64,000 nt of DNA from Candidatus Micrarchaeota archaeon (lineage in GTDB: Archaea; Micrarchaeota; Micrarchaeia; Micrarchaeales; CABMGC01). Shown here in pieces: positions 35,502 to 45,146 of the stretch. The stretch lies in NCBI GenBank assembly GCA_046536795.1, contig JAWDMB010000002.1, forward strand, positions 40,831-104,830, in the 5' to 3' direction. A model generated the notes under the pieces. It was not told the origin of the DNA and ran no database searches. It saw only the letters and a program-made list of their open reading frames with translations. How positions within the stretch are numbered: position 1 is the stretch's first letter; the number at the start of each line of letters is the position of its first letter. The position numbers were made by a program, and so were the translations under genes.

Positions 35502-36143
35502 TCACAGTTGTATTGAGTATGTATTTCTATAAAGCTTCTTGCCGTTCTTAACCGAATGAAGGGTAAAGGATTTCTTTGCTTTTATCCTAAATCCACTTAA
35601 ATAGCGCTCTGCAAGCTTCTTGCTGCTAAGATACATATTAACACCATTGTTTACCTCTTCTTCTTTTGTAACAAACTCGTTGTTTGCGATAAAGTAATTC
35701 TTAACGCTTTCCTTAAACTTCTCAACCTGCTCAGGTTCACCACGTATCTGAAATATTGCTTCGTAGTAGCCGCCAAGCCTTCTTGCACACTGCTTGCATA
35801 TTGTCTTGTTATATTTTATGCTTATCCTTTTCTCTAAAGTAAGCTCTTCTCCAGCTATGGTTGTTGTTATACTAACATTTGCCAAGCCAAATTCTTCATT
35901 ATAGGAGATAAGCTTAACAGTATATTTGCTAAGTGCGTGCTTAAGCTCTTCCTCTATGCTTGCACTATTTTCTTCAACAAAATCATTTCCAAGCCTTATC
36001 CTTTTGCACACCCTGCATCTATCTATGTGTATCTCATTAGGTAGCTTCTTGCTAAACATATCCCTTGTGCAGACCTCACAAAACTCACCATAGAATTTGA
36101 ATTCATCGCTAGACCTATTACATATAGGGCAGTACTTAGTCAT
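35502..36143 (-). CDS. NMD3-family protein (archaeal homolog)
   Basis: It begins with the ATG at 36143 (MTKYCPICNR...). Paired CxxC motifs (CPICNR, CEVCTR, CRVCKR, CKQCAR) match the NMD3 N-terminal zinc domain. The ORF-track extension overlaps secD. Confidence 0.6.
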   Translation of the reverse strand: MTKYCPICNRSSDEFKFYGEFCEVCTRDMFSKKLPNEIHIDRCRVCKRIRLGNDFVEENSASIEEELKHALSKYTVKLISYNEEFGLANVSITTTIAGEELTLEKRISIKYNKTICKQCARRLGGYYEAIFQIRGEPEQVEKFKESVKNYFIANNEFVTKEEEVNNGVNMYLSSKKLAERYLSGFRIKAKKSFTLHSVKNGKKLYRNTYSIQL

Positions 36144-36144
36144 T

Positions 36145-37794
36145 TCAAGCAACCCCTTCCTTCTTCTCCTCCTTCTTTTCCTCACTTTTTTCGCCGTAGT
36201 GAATGCTTACTATAGCACCATATGCTGGCCTTGTTACCAAAACGCCGAGAAGAGCGCCAAGTATTGCAGATTCAGCAAAGCCTACTATATCTACAAGAGA
36301 GGTTGAGAAAAGAAGAGGAAGCATTGCTATAATGAGCAAGATAGCGTCTGCCCAAACAATGTAGAAAGCGTTTCCAAGCTTGAACTTCATCGCCTCGCTC
36401 TTGCCCGTTATAAGCTCGTCTGTAATAATAATTTGGGCATCAACACCTGTGCCAACAACAGCAATCATTCCGGCAACAGCCGCCAAGTCTATTGTACCAA
36501 TAAGACCTATGACTGATACTATTATGAAAAGTTCTGTAAAGGTTGTAAGCATTATTGGCAATACAAGGAATGCACGCCTATATCTTATTACAATTATAAG
36601 CGTTACTACAGCTACAGCAAGAATAGCTGCAATCCCGCTTATGTACAAGAAGTGCTTGCCGAGAGTAGGCGGTATTACCTTGGGCGTTCCAACTATAATG
36701 TGAACAGGCAAAGCGCCACCGCTTAATATACTTGCTATCATCTGCGATTGCTGCTGAGCATATGAAAGCTTGCTCTCCAAAGGCAGGCTTGGCGGTGCAT
36801 AACCACTTATCTGATAGCTCTGGCTAATTGAGCCGTTTGTAACTTCCGGGCTAAGAAGAGGCGCTGATAGCAAACCTATAGCAGGCCATGAATTTACTAT
36901 ATAGCTTGGAGATGTTGGGCTCGCACTATATACAGGCTCAAACTCAGGAGTCATGTTCTGTACACTTACATATACTATAGTATAGTTTAGCCCTGTAAGA
37001 TTCTGTACCATATACCTTGGTGTGTTCTTTGCAAGTATAACGTTCTTATAGTTTGACTTATGCGCTACAAAGAATGAATATAGAGAATTCCAATTGCTTC
37101 CACTAGGATCATATACCTCTATAGGTATGGTCTCGCTGCCAAAAGAGGCCGCACTTTGAAGGGCGCTTAATGCTTGCTGAAAGCTTAGTTGCAAGCTAGC
37201 ATTTTTAAGCAATGTTGCATTGATTAATACAATTGCGCTTGTCGGCCTGTCAAGGAACATATACAATGGCTTATTGGCTTGCCCAAATACAACCTTTGCA
37301 AACCTCTCCGCTGCGCTCTGCGTTATGAAAAAGTCAACAGCCCACGACACATTGCCATTGAATGTTGTGGGAGGCACAGCAGCTATACTGCCACTAAGTA
37401 TATCTGAACCGTTAAGCGCTTCTACACCATTCACTATGCCTTCAAACACACCCTGGCTCTGTATAATGTTGATTGTTGCATTTATCTCTTTGCCAGAAAC
37501 GCTTGGTATTATTACATAGATGTTTGAATTACCTATACCTTCTACTGTTACCTGCTTCAATCCATATGTGCTAACTCTCTGCTGCAATATACTTATTATC
37601 CTGCTCATTGTATCTGGATTGACAGGCTGTTCAAGCGTTATTGGTATTTGAGTTCCATTGGTGAATTCAATACCAAAATGAAGATAATAAGGTGGACCCG
37701 CACCATAGAAAATGTCAAGCACGAGGAGCAGTAGAACTATTATTATAAGCGAGAGAATTCTTCTATCTTTAATATAATCGATTAGCTTAGCCAT
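36145..37794 (-). CDS. secD: Protein-export membrane protein SecD
   Basis: 549 aa with an N-terminal TM helix, a large sequon-rich extracytoplasmic domain and a C-terminal TM bundle containing VGTGVDAQIIITDE, which is SecD-like. Confidence 0.8.
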   Translation of the reverse strand: MAKLIDYIKDRRILSLIIIVLLLLVLDIFYGAGPPYYLHFGIEFTNGTQIPITLEQPVNPDTMSRIISILQQRVSTYGLKQVTVEGIGNSNIYVIIPSVSGKEINATINIIQSQGVFEGIVNGVEALNGSDILSGSIAAVPPTTFNGNVSWAVDFFITQSAAERFAKVVFGQANKPLYMFLDRPTSAIVLINATLLKNASLQLSFQQALSALQSAASFGSETIPIEVYDPSGSNWNSLYSFFVAHKSNYKNVILAKNTPRYMVQNLTGLNYTIVYVSVQNMTPEFEPVYSASPTSPSYIVNSWPAIGLLSAPLLSPEVTNGSISQSYQISGYAPPSLPLESKLSYAQQQSQMIASILSGGALPVHIIVGTPKVIPPTLGKHFLYISGIAAILAVAVVTLIIVIRYRRAFLVLPIMLTTFTELFIIVSVIGLIGTIDLAAVAGMIAVVGTGVDAQIIITDELITGKSEAMKFKLGNAFYIVWADAILLIIAMLPLLFSTSLVDIVGFAESAILGALLGVLVTRPAYGAIVSIHYGEKSEEKKEEKKEGVA

Positions 37795-38942
37795 TATCTC
37801 CTCTCTTTTCTCTTTTTATAAAGAAGGATCATGGGTGCATTTCCAAGCCATGTGGTAAATAGATCACCTATAAGGCCGAACAAAACAACTCCAGCAATCT
37901 CATAATATGTTGGAACATAAGCTATTATAGATACCGCAAATAATGTTGCGAATGTTGCTATTGCTGTTGTTGTCATGGTAAGACCTGTTTTCATAGCATG
38001 ATAAGCCCTTTCCTCTGGTGTGCCTTCATGCCTCTTTAGTATTCTTATTGAGGTAAGAATTTCTGTATCGATTGAATAACCTATGAGCATTAGCAAGCCA
38101 CCAACGCTTGCTATGCCAAGTGGTATTTTGAATAAGCCCATAGCACCAAGTGCAATTATCAGATCATTTCCAGCACCAAAGATAATTGCAAGCGAAGGAA
38201 CTGGTGACCTGAAAATGAAGAATACCGCGATAGAGATAAGTATAAATGTTGCTATTATTATTGTTCTAAGCTGAGAAAGAAAGAAGCTACTCATTGTTGG
38301 AGTAACCTCTTCATATGAATAAGATGAGAACTTTACAAAAGGTTTAATCGCATTTATTATCTTTTGCTCGTAAATGTTTCCAGCTTGCGTATATGCGCTT
38401 TGGGCAACGCTGCTCATGTTATCTATATTGCTTGCATTATAACTAACACTTCCTACAAAAGGCTCTAGCGCTTTGAGCTCATTTGAAAGAGCGTTTTGCA
38501 TGCCAAGCAAGGATTCATTTAAGCCTTTTTTTGAGAATGCAAGCTCTGCAAGCAAAGTAGAATTAGTTGAGTTATGCTGAAGTGCAATGCCTATGCTTGT
38601 AACATTGAAGCTATAGCTTGTATAGTTTGATTTATATGCATAAAACGCTATAAGATCTTTTTCAGCTTCAGCAAGGCTACTGTTCATTGGTATTATTATA
38701 CTTATTCCGCCAGGGCTTTTGAGAACTTCAGGATTTGCCACATGAAGAATTGAGCTAAGGTTAGAAGCAAGTGCAGCAGTGTTGACACTTTGATTTGTCA
38801 ATAGCGATACGCTAAATCCACCAGCAAGCGAAGTATCAAAGGGTATATGATATGAAAAATATATGCCAAAGAACATCAAGGCTATTGGTATAAGTATTAG
38901 CATCTTGAGGTTCTTATATGTATAAATATTCGGAAGATTCAT
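37794..38942 (-). CDS. secF: Protein-export membrane protein SecF
   Basis: 382 aa with FDTSLAGGFSVSL near the N-terminus and IGYSIDTEILTSIRI in the TM bundle, both SecF-like. The extracytoplasmic domain is unusually long. Confidence 0.8.
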   Translation of the reverse strand: MNLPNIYTYKNLKMLILIPIALMFFGIYFSYHIPFDTSLAGGFSVSLLTNQSVNTAALASNLSSILHVANPEVLKSPGGISIIIPMNSSLAEAEKDLIAFYAYKSNYTSYSFNVTSIGIALQHNSTNSTLLAELAFSKKGLNESLLGMQNALSNELKALEPFVGSVSYNASNIDNMSSVAQSAYTQAGNIYEQKIINAIKPFVKFSSYSYEEVTPTMSSFFLSQLRTIIIATFILISIAVFFIFRSPVPSLAIIFGAGNDLIIALGAMGLFKIPLGIASVGGLLMLIGYSIDTEILTSIRILKRHEGTPEERAYHAMKTGLTMTTTAIATFATLFAVSIIAYVPTYYEIAGVVLFGLIGDLFTTWLGNAPMILLYKKRKERR

Positions 38943-39021
38943 TATACCAACTTAAAGCTTCTCTTAATAAGGAGAATAGTAAAAGAAATAGGAAAGAAAA
39001 AATATAAAAAGGTTAAAAGGG

Positions 39022-39306
39022 TCAGCCGTATCTCTTCATGAGCTTAAAGTGTAGAGAGGCTGTAAAGCCGTATATTATTAGCATTAGTGAAAGTAGGAAT
39101 ATCGAAACTCCCAAGAAGTAAGTAAGTGAGAGTCCTAGCGAATTATAGAATATTAGTAAAGCACCTACGAAGAGTAGATATATGCTCCAGTATATTGATA
39201 GAAAGATTTTCCAACCTGATTGCCTTTCTTGATAGTGGAGATTCCTATTCATCCACAACTCAGGATCAACCACAACAACCTGCTTCTCCTTCGCCATTTG
39301 AAACAC
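39022..39306 (-). CDS. Small membrane protein, hypothetical
   Basis: 94 aa with two or three hydrophobic helices. I do not recognise a family. Confidence 0.4.
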   Translation of the reverse strand: MFQMAKEKQVVVVDPELWMNRNLHYQERQSGWKIFLSIYWSIYLLFVGALLIFYNSLGLSLTYFLGVSIFLLSLMLIIYGFTASLHFKLMKRYG

Positions 39307-39330
39307 CCATTTATATTACTACCATTAAAT

Positions 39331-40176
39331 TTAAATATGTTCTTTTAAATCCTTGCGAAAGTCGTTTCTTCCATGCCAAAATATATATTGCTGTGCATAT
39401 CCTGCAAAGCCATCCCAGCGATGCATTGCAAATTCATGCATCTTCTTTATGCTCTTGCCACGCAATCCATATTCCATAGTAAGAGCCTTCTTAACCCAGG
39501 TATCTATAGGAAAAGCTTCAAGCTTCTTATAACCCATGAGCAAAATGCAGTCTGCAACTTTGTCGCCTATACCTTTATACTGCATGAGCTCCTTCTTCGC
39601 TTCTTCATATGGTAGCAAAGCATATGAATCAAAAAGCTCTTTATCGTAGAGCCTTGCAATCTCTAATATATATTTGCTCCTGAAACCTGCTCCGCAAACT
39701 GTAATTTCTTTGCCCGCAATTGCATCAGGCCCAGGAAAAGAGTCTTTGCCAAACCTCTCAACAAAACATAGCATTATTTTTCTAATGCGCTTTATGTTGT
39801 TGAACTGGCTTACAATAAATGAGAGTGTAGTTTCCCATATGCCGTTTTTTGTGACACGCATGCCATAGAAGTTTTTTATCGCCTCTTCCATGAACTTGTC
39901 TGTGGCTATTTTTTTGTATATGTATTTAATATCATCTTTAAGTCCGAATCTTTCTTCTATCTCCTTTTTTAGCTCTGATTTTGAATAATTTTCACTTTCT
40001 ATGCTCAGAATGCACTCTTTTCCCTTCTGCTCACCAAAAACATTTATCTTACCATGTTCTGCAGGATAACTAAGAAACGTCTCGTTATTTGAAAAAGAGT
40101 AATCGCCAAAAAATGTTAAAGGCTGCCCACTTTCGATAGTATACCTCAAATTGAAATCCTTTGCTACAATCTGCAT
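39331..40176 (-). CDS. ogg: HhH-GPD DNA glycosylase (8-oxoguanine glycosylase/lyase, OGG type)
   Basis: 281 aa with the helix-hairpin-helix motif YKGIGDKVADCILLMGY followed by FPIDTWVKK. Confidence 0.75.
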   Translation of the reverse strand: MQIVAKDFNLRYTIESGQPLTFFGDYSFSNNETFLSYPAEHGKINVFGEQKGKECILSIESENYSKSELKKEIEERFGLKDDIKYIYKKIATDKFMEEAIKNFYGMRVTKNGIWETTLSFIVSQFNNIKRIRKIMLCFVERFGKDSFPGPDAIAGKEITVCGAGFRSKYILEIARLYDKELFDSYALLPYEEAKKELMQYKGIGDKVADCILLMGYKKLEAFPIDTWVKKALTMEYGLRGKSIKKMHEFAMHRWDGFAGYAQQYIFWHGRNDFRKDLKEHI

Positions 40177-40184
40177 AAAACCAG

Positions 40185-41657
40185 CTAAGCCAAAAGCTCA
40201 GCGATCAGCTTTCTTATCTGTTTTGCGTCATCCCTATTTCTTATTGTAACTGTATCGTCCTCTAGTGTTTGATAATCTATGGTTATGCAATAAGGTATAC
40301 CCACCTCATCAGCCTTTGCATATCTTTTTCCTATGCTGCCGCTCTCAGAATAAAATATGTTCAAACCTTTTTCAGTCATGAGGCGTGCAAGCTCTCTTGC
40401 TTTATCTATAAGCTTCTCGTCCTTTTGCAGAGGAAATATTGCATATCTATAAGGCGCAACAGCCTCTCTTAGCTTGAGCCAGTCCCAATCTCTATCACCG
40501 CTAACAAGACTATTTTCCAATAAGGCAAACAGTATTCTATCCAAACCTATACTCGCTTCTACAACATGCGGCACAAACTTCCTGCCGTTGTTAACAACCG
40601 TTATCTCAATGCCAGATACCTTTGAATGCGATGAAAGATCGTAATCTGTTCTGTAAGCATTGCCTGCCACTTCAATAAAACCGTATTCAGTATTTGCTTC
40701 TAAATCAACATTACCTTTTGAATAATGTGGCAGCTCCTCTTTTTCGAGCTCCCTAAACCTGTAGCTCTTCTTATCAAAACCAAGCTCCTGCATAAACTTT
40801 TCCTCGAGATAAAGAAGGAGCGCGAAATACTTGTTAGGTATTCTCTTTGATTCTAGGAGCTCTCTAAGGCTTGCCTCAACAGCTTGATCCTCACCAGCAT
40901 TCACAAAGCTTAAACGTGTATCCAAAACATTATCTATATTTATAAACCCAACCTCGCTTAGCTCTTCGCTTGGATCAAAGAAGAGCTCAAGCTCCATCTG
41001 GGTAAACTCTCGCATCCTTACAAGCTGCTGCCTTGGAGAGATTTCATTTCTATAGCTCTTACCTATCTGACCAATTAGGGCAGGCATCTTAAGCCCTTGT
41101 GTCTTGAAAAGTTCTCTAAAATCTACAAAAATGCCCTGAGCAGTCTCTGGCCTTAGATAGCCTGTTTCTGTTCCGGTTGGGCCAATCTTAAGCTGGAACA
41201 TAAGATTAAACTTTTCAACATTGCCGAGTTCTCCGCCACATCTCTCGCACCTTATGCCGTGTTCTTTTATCCTTTTGCCAAGCTCCTCCAAGCTTAGCCT
41301 CTTAACCTCTTCCATCGCTTTTGTATCATGCCTTTTCTCATAGAATTCTTCGAGAAGCTTGTCTGCCCTGTAAGGTGTGTTGCAAACCTTGCATTTTACC
41401 ATAGGGTCTGTAAAAGTGCTTAGATGACCGCTAGCTTTAAAAACAACTTCAGGCATTATGTCTGTGCTCTCTATCTCTATAGCTTGTGTTAAGTCTATGA
41501 AAAGCTTACGCCATATCTCTTTTATGTTGTTCCTTATTTTAACACCTATAGGGCCGTAGTCATAAAAACCCCCAAGCTCTTTATATATATTAAAAGATTG
41601 GAAGAATACGTCTCGCCTGCTAACTATATTTAGAACCTTTGATTCTTTGCTAGCCAT
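40185..41657 (-). CDS. glyS: Glycyl-tRNA synthetase (alpha2, archaeal/eukaryotic type)
   Basis: 490 aa with the blocks GGFYDYGPIG, YLRPETAQGIFVDF and RNEISPR, plus a C-terminal anticodon-binding domain. Confidence 0.93.
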   Translation of the reverse strand: MASKESKVLNIVSRRDVFFQSFNIYKELGGFYDYGPIGVKIRNNIKEIWRKLFIDLTQAIEIESTDIMPEVVFKASGHLSTFTDPMVKCKVCNTPYRADKLLEEFYEKRHDTKAMEEVKRLSLEELGKRIKEHGIRCERCGGELGNVEKFNLMFQLKIGPTGTETGYLRPETAQGIFVDFRELFKTQGLKMPALIGQIGKSYRNEISPRQQLVRMREFTQMELELFFDPSEELSEVGFINIDNVLDTRLSFVNAGEDQAVEASLRELLESKRIPNKYFALLLYLEEKFMQELGFDKKSYRFRELEKEELPHYSKGNVDLEANTEYGFIEVAGNAYRTDYDLSSHSKVSGIEITVVNNGRKFVPHVVEASIGLDRILFALLENSLVSGDRDWDWLKLREAVAPYRYAIFPLQKDEKLIDKARELARLMTEKGLNIFYSESGSIGKRYAKADEVGIPYCITIDYQTLEDDTVTIRNRDDAKQIRKLIAELLA

Positions 41658-41810
41658 ACAACCACAACAATAAGATTAGCAAGGATATAATTTTATTTGT
41701 TTAGTTTGTTTAACTGAAGGGATTTTTTATTCTTCTATAACCAAGTTATATTAAAGGTTTTTATATTTTATTTTGTTAATTCAACTTAACACTTTATATT
41801 AGTTGATAGC

Positions 41811-43655
41811 ATGAATAAAACAGAAGAGGTTAAAGAACAAACCGCACATGATAATGGGGAAGGTATTGTATCGAATATAAACAGCAAGAGGCCGGAATAT
41901 AAAGAAGATAAAAATGCTTCTCAAAACCCTATACTCGCACCTTATCACAGGAGTATGGAAGAGATAGAAAAGATGCCAGTAATAGATAAGACAATGACAG
42001 TATGCCCAGAGTGCAAGCTGATAATACCAGGTATAATCTACAAGGACGGCGACAATGTAATGATAAGAAAGCACTGTCCAGAACACGGATGGTTCATAGA
42101 AAAGTATTGGGAAGATTATGATATGTATATGCAGATGCGTGGCTACAACTACTATGGCAGAGGCTTTGACAATCCAAATGTCGTCTCAGAAAATAAGGGA
42201 GTAAACTGCCCATTTGATTGTGGCATATGTGAAAGGCACAAATCGCACACAGGCCTTGCAAATGTTGTTGTAACAAATAGGTGCCACTTAAGCTGCTGGT
42301 ACTGCTTCTTCTATGCAAAAGAGGGCGAGCCAATTTATGAGCCAAGTGTAGAGGAGCTTAGAAGGATTTTCAGAAGCCTTAGAAATCAGAAACCAATACC
42401 TGCAAATGCTATACAGCTAACTGGCGGCGAGCCAACATTGCATCCTCAAATTGTAGAGATAGTAAAAGCAGCAAAAGAAGAAGGCTTCGACCAGATACAG
42501 CTCAACACAACAGGAATTAACCTTGGTCTGCATCCAGAGCTTGCTGTAAAACTAAGATATGCTGGACTTAGCACACTTTACATGAGCTTTGATGGAGTTA
42601 GTGCAAAGGCAAATCCAAAGAACCACTGGGAAATACCACTTATTCTTGATGCGGCGAGAAAGGCCGGTATAGGCGTAGTGCTTGTGCCTACTGTTATAAG
42701 AGGTGTAAACGACGGCGAACTTGGCAACATGATAAACTTTGCATTAAATAATTTAGATATAGTAAGAGCTGTAAACTTCCAGCCGGTATCGCTTGTTGGA
42801 AGGATGCCAACAAGGCTTAGAGAAGCCCAAAGAATAACCATACCTGGAGCTATAAAGCTTATTGAAGAACAGACAAATGGTGTTATAAGAAAGGAGCACT
42901 GGTTCTCAGTGCCTTATATAGGCGGCATAAATAAGTTTATAGAAGCTTTAACAGGAAAATACGGCTACGACATGTCTATACATTTTGCATGCGGCGCTGG
43001 AACTTACATATTCTTAGATAGTGATAATAGAATAATACCCATAACAGAGTTTGTAGATGCAAAAGGACTTATGGAGCACCTGCAAAATGGTATAAATGAG
43101 ATGGAAGGCAAAGGCTATTTAGCAAGAAAAGCCATAGCGTTAAAAACGCTTGCGGGAATGAGCAAATATATAGACAAAGCTAAGCAGCCAAAGTCTGTAA
43201 ACTTCCTAAAGCTGCTTGCATCAATAATACTAAAACATGACTTTTCAACACTTGGAAAGTTCCACATGAAAACATTATTCCTTGGCATGATGCACTTCCA
43301 AGATGAATATACATATGATATAGCAAGGGTTGAGAAGTGCGATATACACTATGCAATGCCTGATGGCGAAGTATTACCGTTCTGCACCTTCAACGTATTC
43401 CCAGAAATTTATAGGGATAAGATACAGAGACAGTATAGTATACCAGCGAAGGTGTGGGAGAAGACACATCCAGGATGGACCTACAACAGCGATAAATATG
43501 TTAGAAACATAAAAGAGCTTACAGCAAACCCATTGTATAAGAAGACCTATGGACAGATGATAGATTATTTTGCGCTTGATGTAAATGGCGGCAAGCATGT
43601 AGCCGGCTTCTTCAACGAGCAGTTTGCAGAAGAAGCTGTAGAGCTTAACAAGTAA
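41811..43655 (+). CDS. tes: Radical SAM enzyme, tetraether lipid synthase-like (Tes / GDGT-MAS, MJ0619 family)
   Basis: 614 aa. It has an N-terminal rubredoxin-like pair (CPECK...HCPEHG), an auxiliary cluster motif CPFDCGIC, the radical SAM motif CHLSCWYC and a GGEPTL SAM-binding block. Confidence 0.6.
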   Translation: MNKTEEVKEQTAHDNGEGIVSNINSKRPEYKEDKNASQNPILAPYHRSMEEIEKMPVIDKTMTVCPECKLIIPGIIYKDGDNVMIRKHCPEHGWFIEKYWEDYDMYMQMRGYNYYGRGFDNPNVVSENKGVNCPFDCGICERHKSHTGLANVVVTNRCHLSCWYCFFYAKEGEPIYEPSVEELRRIFRSLRNQKPIPANAIQLTGGEPTLHPQIVEIVKAAKEEGFDQIQLNTTGINLGLHPELAVKLRYAGLSTLYMSFDGVSAKANPKNHWEIPLILDAARKAGIGVVLVPTVIRGVNDGELGNMINFALNNLDIVRAVNFQPVSLVGRMPTRLREAQRITIPGAIKLIEEQTNGVIRKEHWFSVPYIGGINKFIEALTGKYGYDMSIHFACGAGTYIFLDSDNRIIPITEFVDAKGLMEHLQNGINEMEGKGYLARKAIALKTLAGMSKYIDKAKQPKSVNFLKLLASIILKHDFSTLGKFHMKTLFLGMMHFQDEYTYDIARVEKCDIHYAMPDGEVLPFCTFNVFPEIYRDKIQRQYSIPAKVWEKTHPGWTYNSDKYVRNIKELTANPLYKKTYGQMIDYFALDVNGGKHVAGFFNEQFAEEAVELNK

Positions 43656-43667
43656 AGGTGTTTCAAA

Positions 43668-44273
43668 ATGGATAGAAGAAATGTACATAACAAACCTGGC
43701 TACGCTGAAGAGTTAGCCAAAGAAAGCGGCAAAGAAGCAGACCTATCAAAAGAATATATAAAGATTGGTGACGCGCTTGTTAGAATGCCTTACAGAAAGA
43801 TAAAGATGGTGACGTTTACAAACATAAAGAAGGAAGAACTCAAAGATGTTTCGCATGCCGCTAGACTCCAATATAGGCTTATGCTACTTGACGCGGTAAT
43901 AAAAGCATGGGTAAATTATGCGAAAGGGCAGATATCGATAATATATAATCCAGTTGGAGCAGATAATATAAGGGAAAAGATAAGCTTAGAAGATCTTATC
44001 TCTTTCCTTGAGCACGAGGGTGTGCATATTGATAGAAGCAACATGAAAGAAAGAGATTTTGATTATGTTGAAGAATTTTACTCCTATGCGTTTAATCCAA
44101 AAGTGATAAGGGAGCATCCGCCATACGGAATGAGCAACGAAGAGTGGAAGGCAAGGAAAGCAAAGCTAGAAGAAGAAGCAAAGGAGGCGAGAGAAAAGAA
44201 ATTGAAAGAGTTCAGAGAATGGCAAAAGAAATATAAAGAGGAACACAAAGATATCCTTGCAGACATGCAATAA
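43668..44273 (+). CDS. Hypothetical protein with a ferredoxin-like (HMA-like, no CxxC) core and a Lys/Glu-rich tail
   Basis: 201 aa starting 13 nt after the tes stop, with an AAGGTG Shine-Dalgarno motif. The segment KMVTFTNI...AVIKAWVNYAKGQISIIYNP...LEDLISFLEHEGVHI has a beta-alpha-beta-beta-alpha-beta pattern. Confidence 0.4.
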   Translation: MDRRNVHNKPGYAEELAKESGKEADLSKEYIKIGDALVRMPYRKIKMVTFTNIKKEELKDVSHAARLQYRLMLLDAVIKAWVNYAKGQISIIYNPVGADNIREKISLEDLISFLEHEGVHIDRSNMKERDFDYVEEFYSYAFNPKVIREHPPYGMSNEEWKARKAKLEEEAKEAREKKLKEFREWQKKYKEEHKDILADMQ

Positions 44274-44345
44274 ACAACATATTTGCTATTAAGCTTCAGC
44301 TTTCTATTTAACAAAACCTTTCTTTAATACTGGATAGCAAAAATA

Positions 44346-45059
44346 GTGAATTTATTCAAGAATTTTAGTTTTGGTGATTACTTGCATAAAAAAACTCCGA
44401 AAATAACTATTACCACTATAAATTTAAAGTATAGGGGCCAGATATACCAAATGGATGGCCTTGAATCAGAAGATAATATATTTAGTGTAACAATACCGTT
44501 TACAAACAGACAATACTCAAATTACCTTACTGACTATTTAAGTGCGGAGCACATAACAAAGAGTGGCGATTTTGAGCCAGTAATAATGAAAAACATAGAA
44601 GCCACACAGCCATTTAAGGTTATCTCGGTAGAACCAGCACTGCCAACAAAGATAGCTCCAGAAGAGAGGGTTGAATTCAAGATAAAGATAGAGGGGCCAG
44701 ATATCAGCTATATGGGGCCCATGACATTAGAATTCATAGAAGAAAACAAAGAATTTGTGCATCTAGAGATAACCAACACATCGATAAATTTTAAGGGCAA
44801 AGAAGTTATAGTAGATGATTCTTTGAATATTATGAACTTGCTTAAAAATGGTATATTTGAAGAAGGTATACAATTACTTAGAGCCCTCGATTACGGTACA
44901 AAAATAGAATCGGTGGATGTAGCCGAGCCTTTCAAATTTGAAGGTTCATTTCCAAAACCACCTTTTGTTATAAATGATAGAAGCAGCTTCATTCTCACTA
45001 TTTATATTAAAGCACCACCATATAACTATTCAGGGCCCTTGATTGTTAAGTTATCTTAG
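44346..45059 (+). CDS. Hypothetical protein
   Basis: 237 aa with a GTG start. It appears beta-rich. I do not recognise a family. Confidence 0.4.
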   Translation: MNLFKNFSFGDYLHKKTPKITITTINLKYRGQIYQMDGLESEDNIFSVTIPFTNRQYSNYLTDYLSAEHITKSGDFEPVIMKNIEATQPFKVISVEPALPTKIAPEERVEFKIKIEGPDISYMGPMTLEFIEENKEFVHLEITNTSINFKGKEVIVDDSLNIMNLLKNGIFEEGIQLLRALDYGTKIESVDVAEPFKFEGSFPKPPFVINDRSSFILTIYIKAPPYNYSGPLIVKLS

Positions 45060-45146
45060 CACATATTTTTTAGCTTAATATTCTTTTTCTGCGCCACCCA
45101 GATAAGGGTTTTTATACTTTATTCAATTTATATTAGTGGTGCTTGC

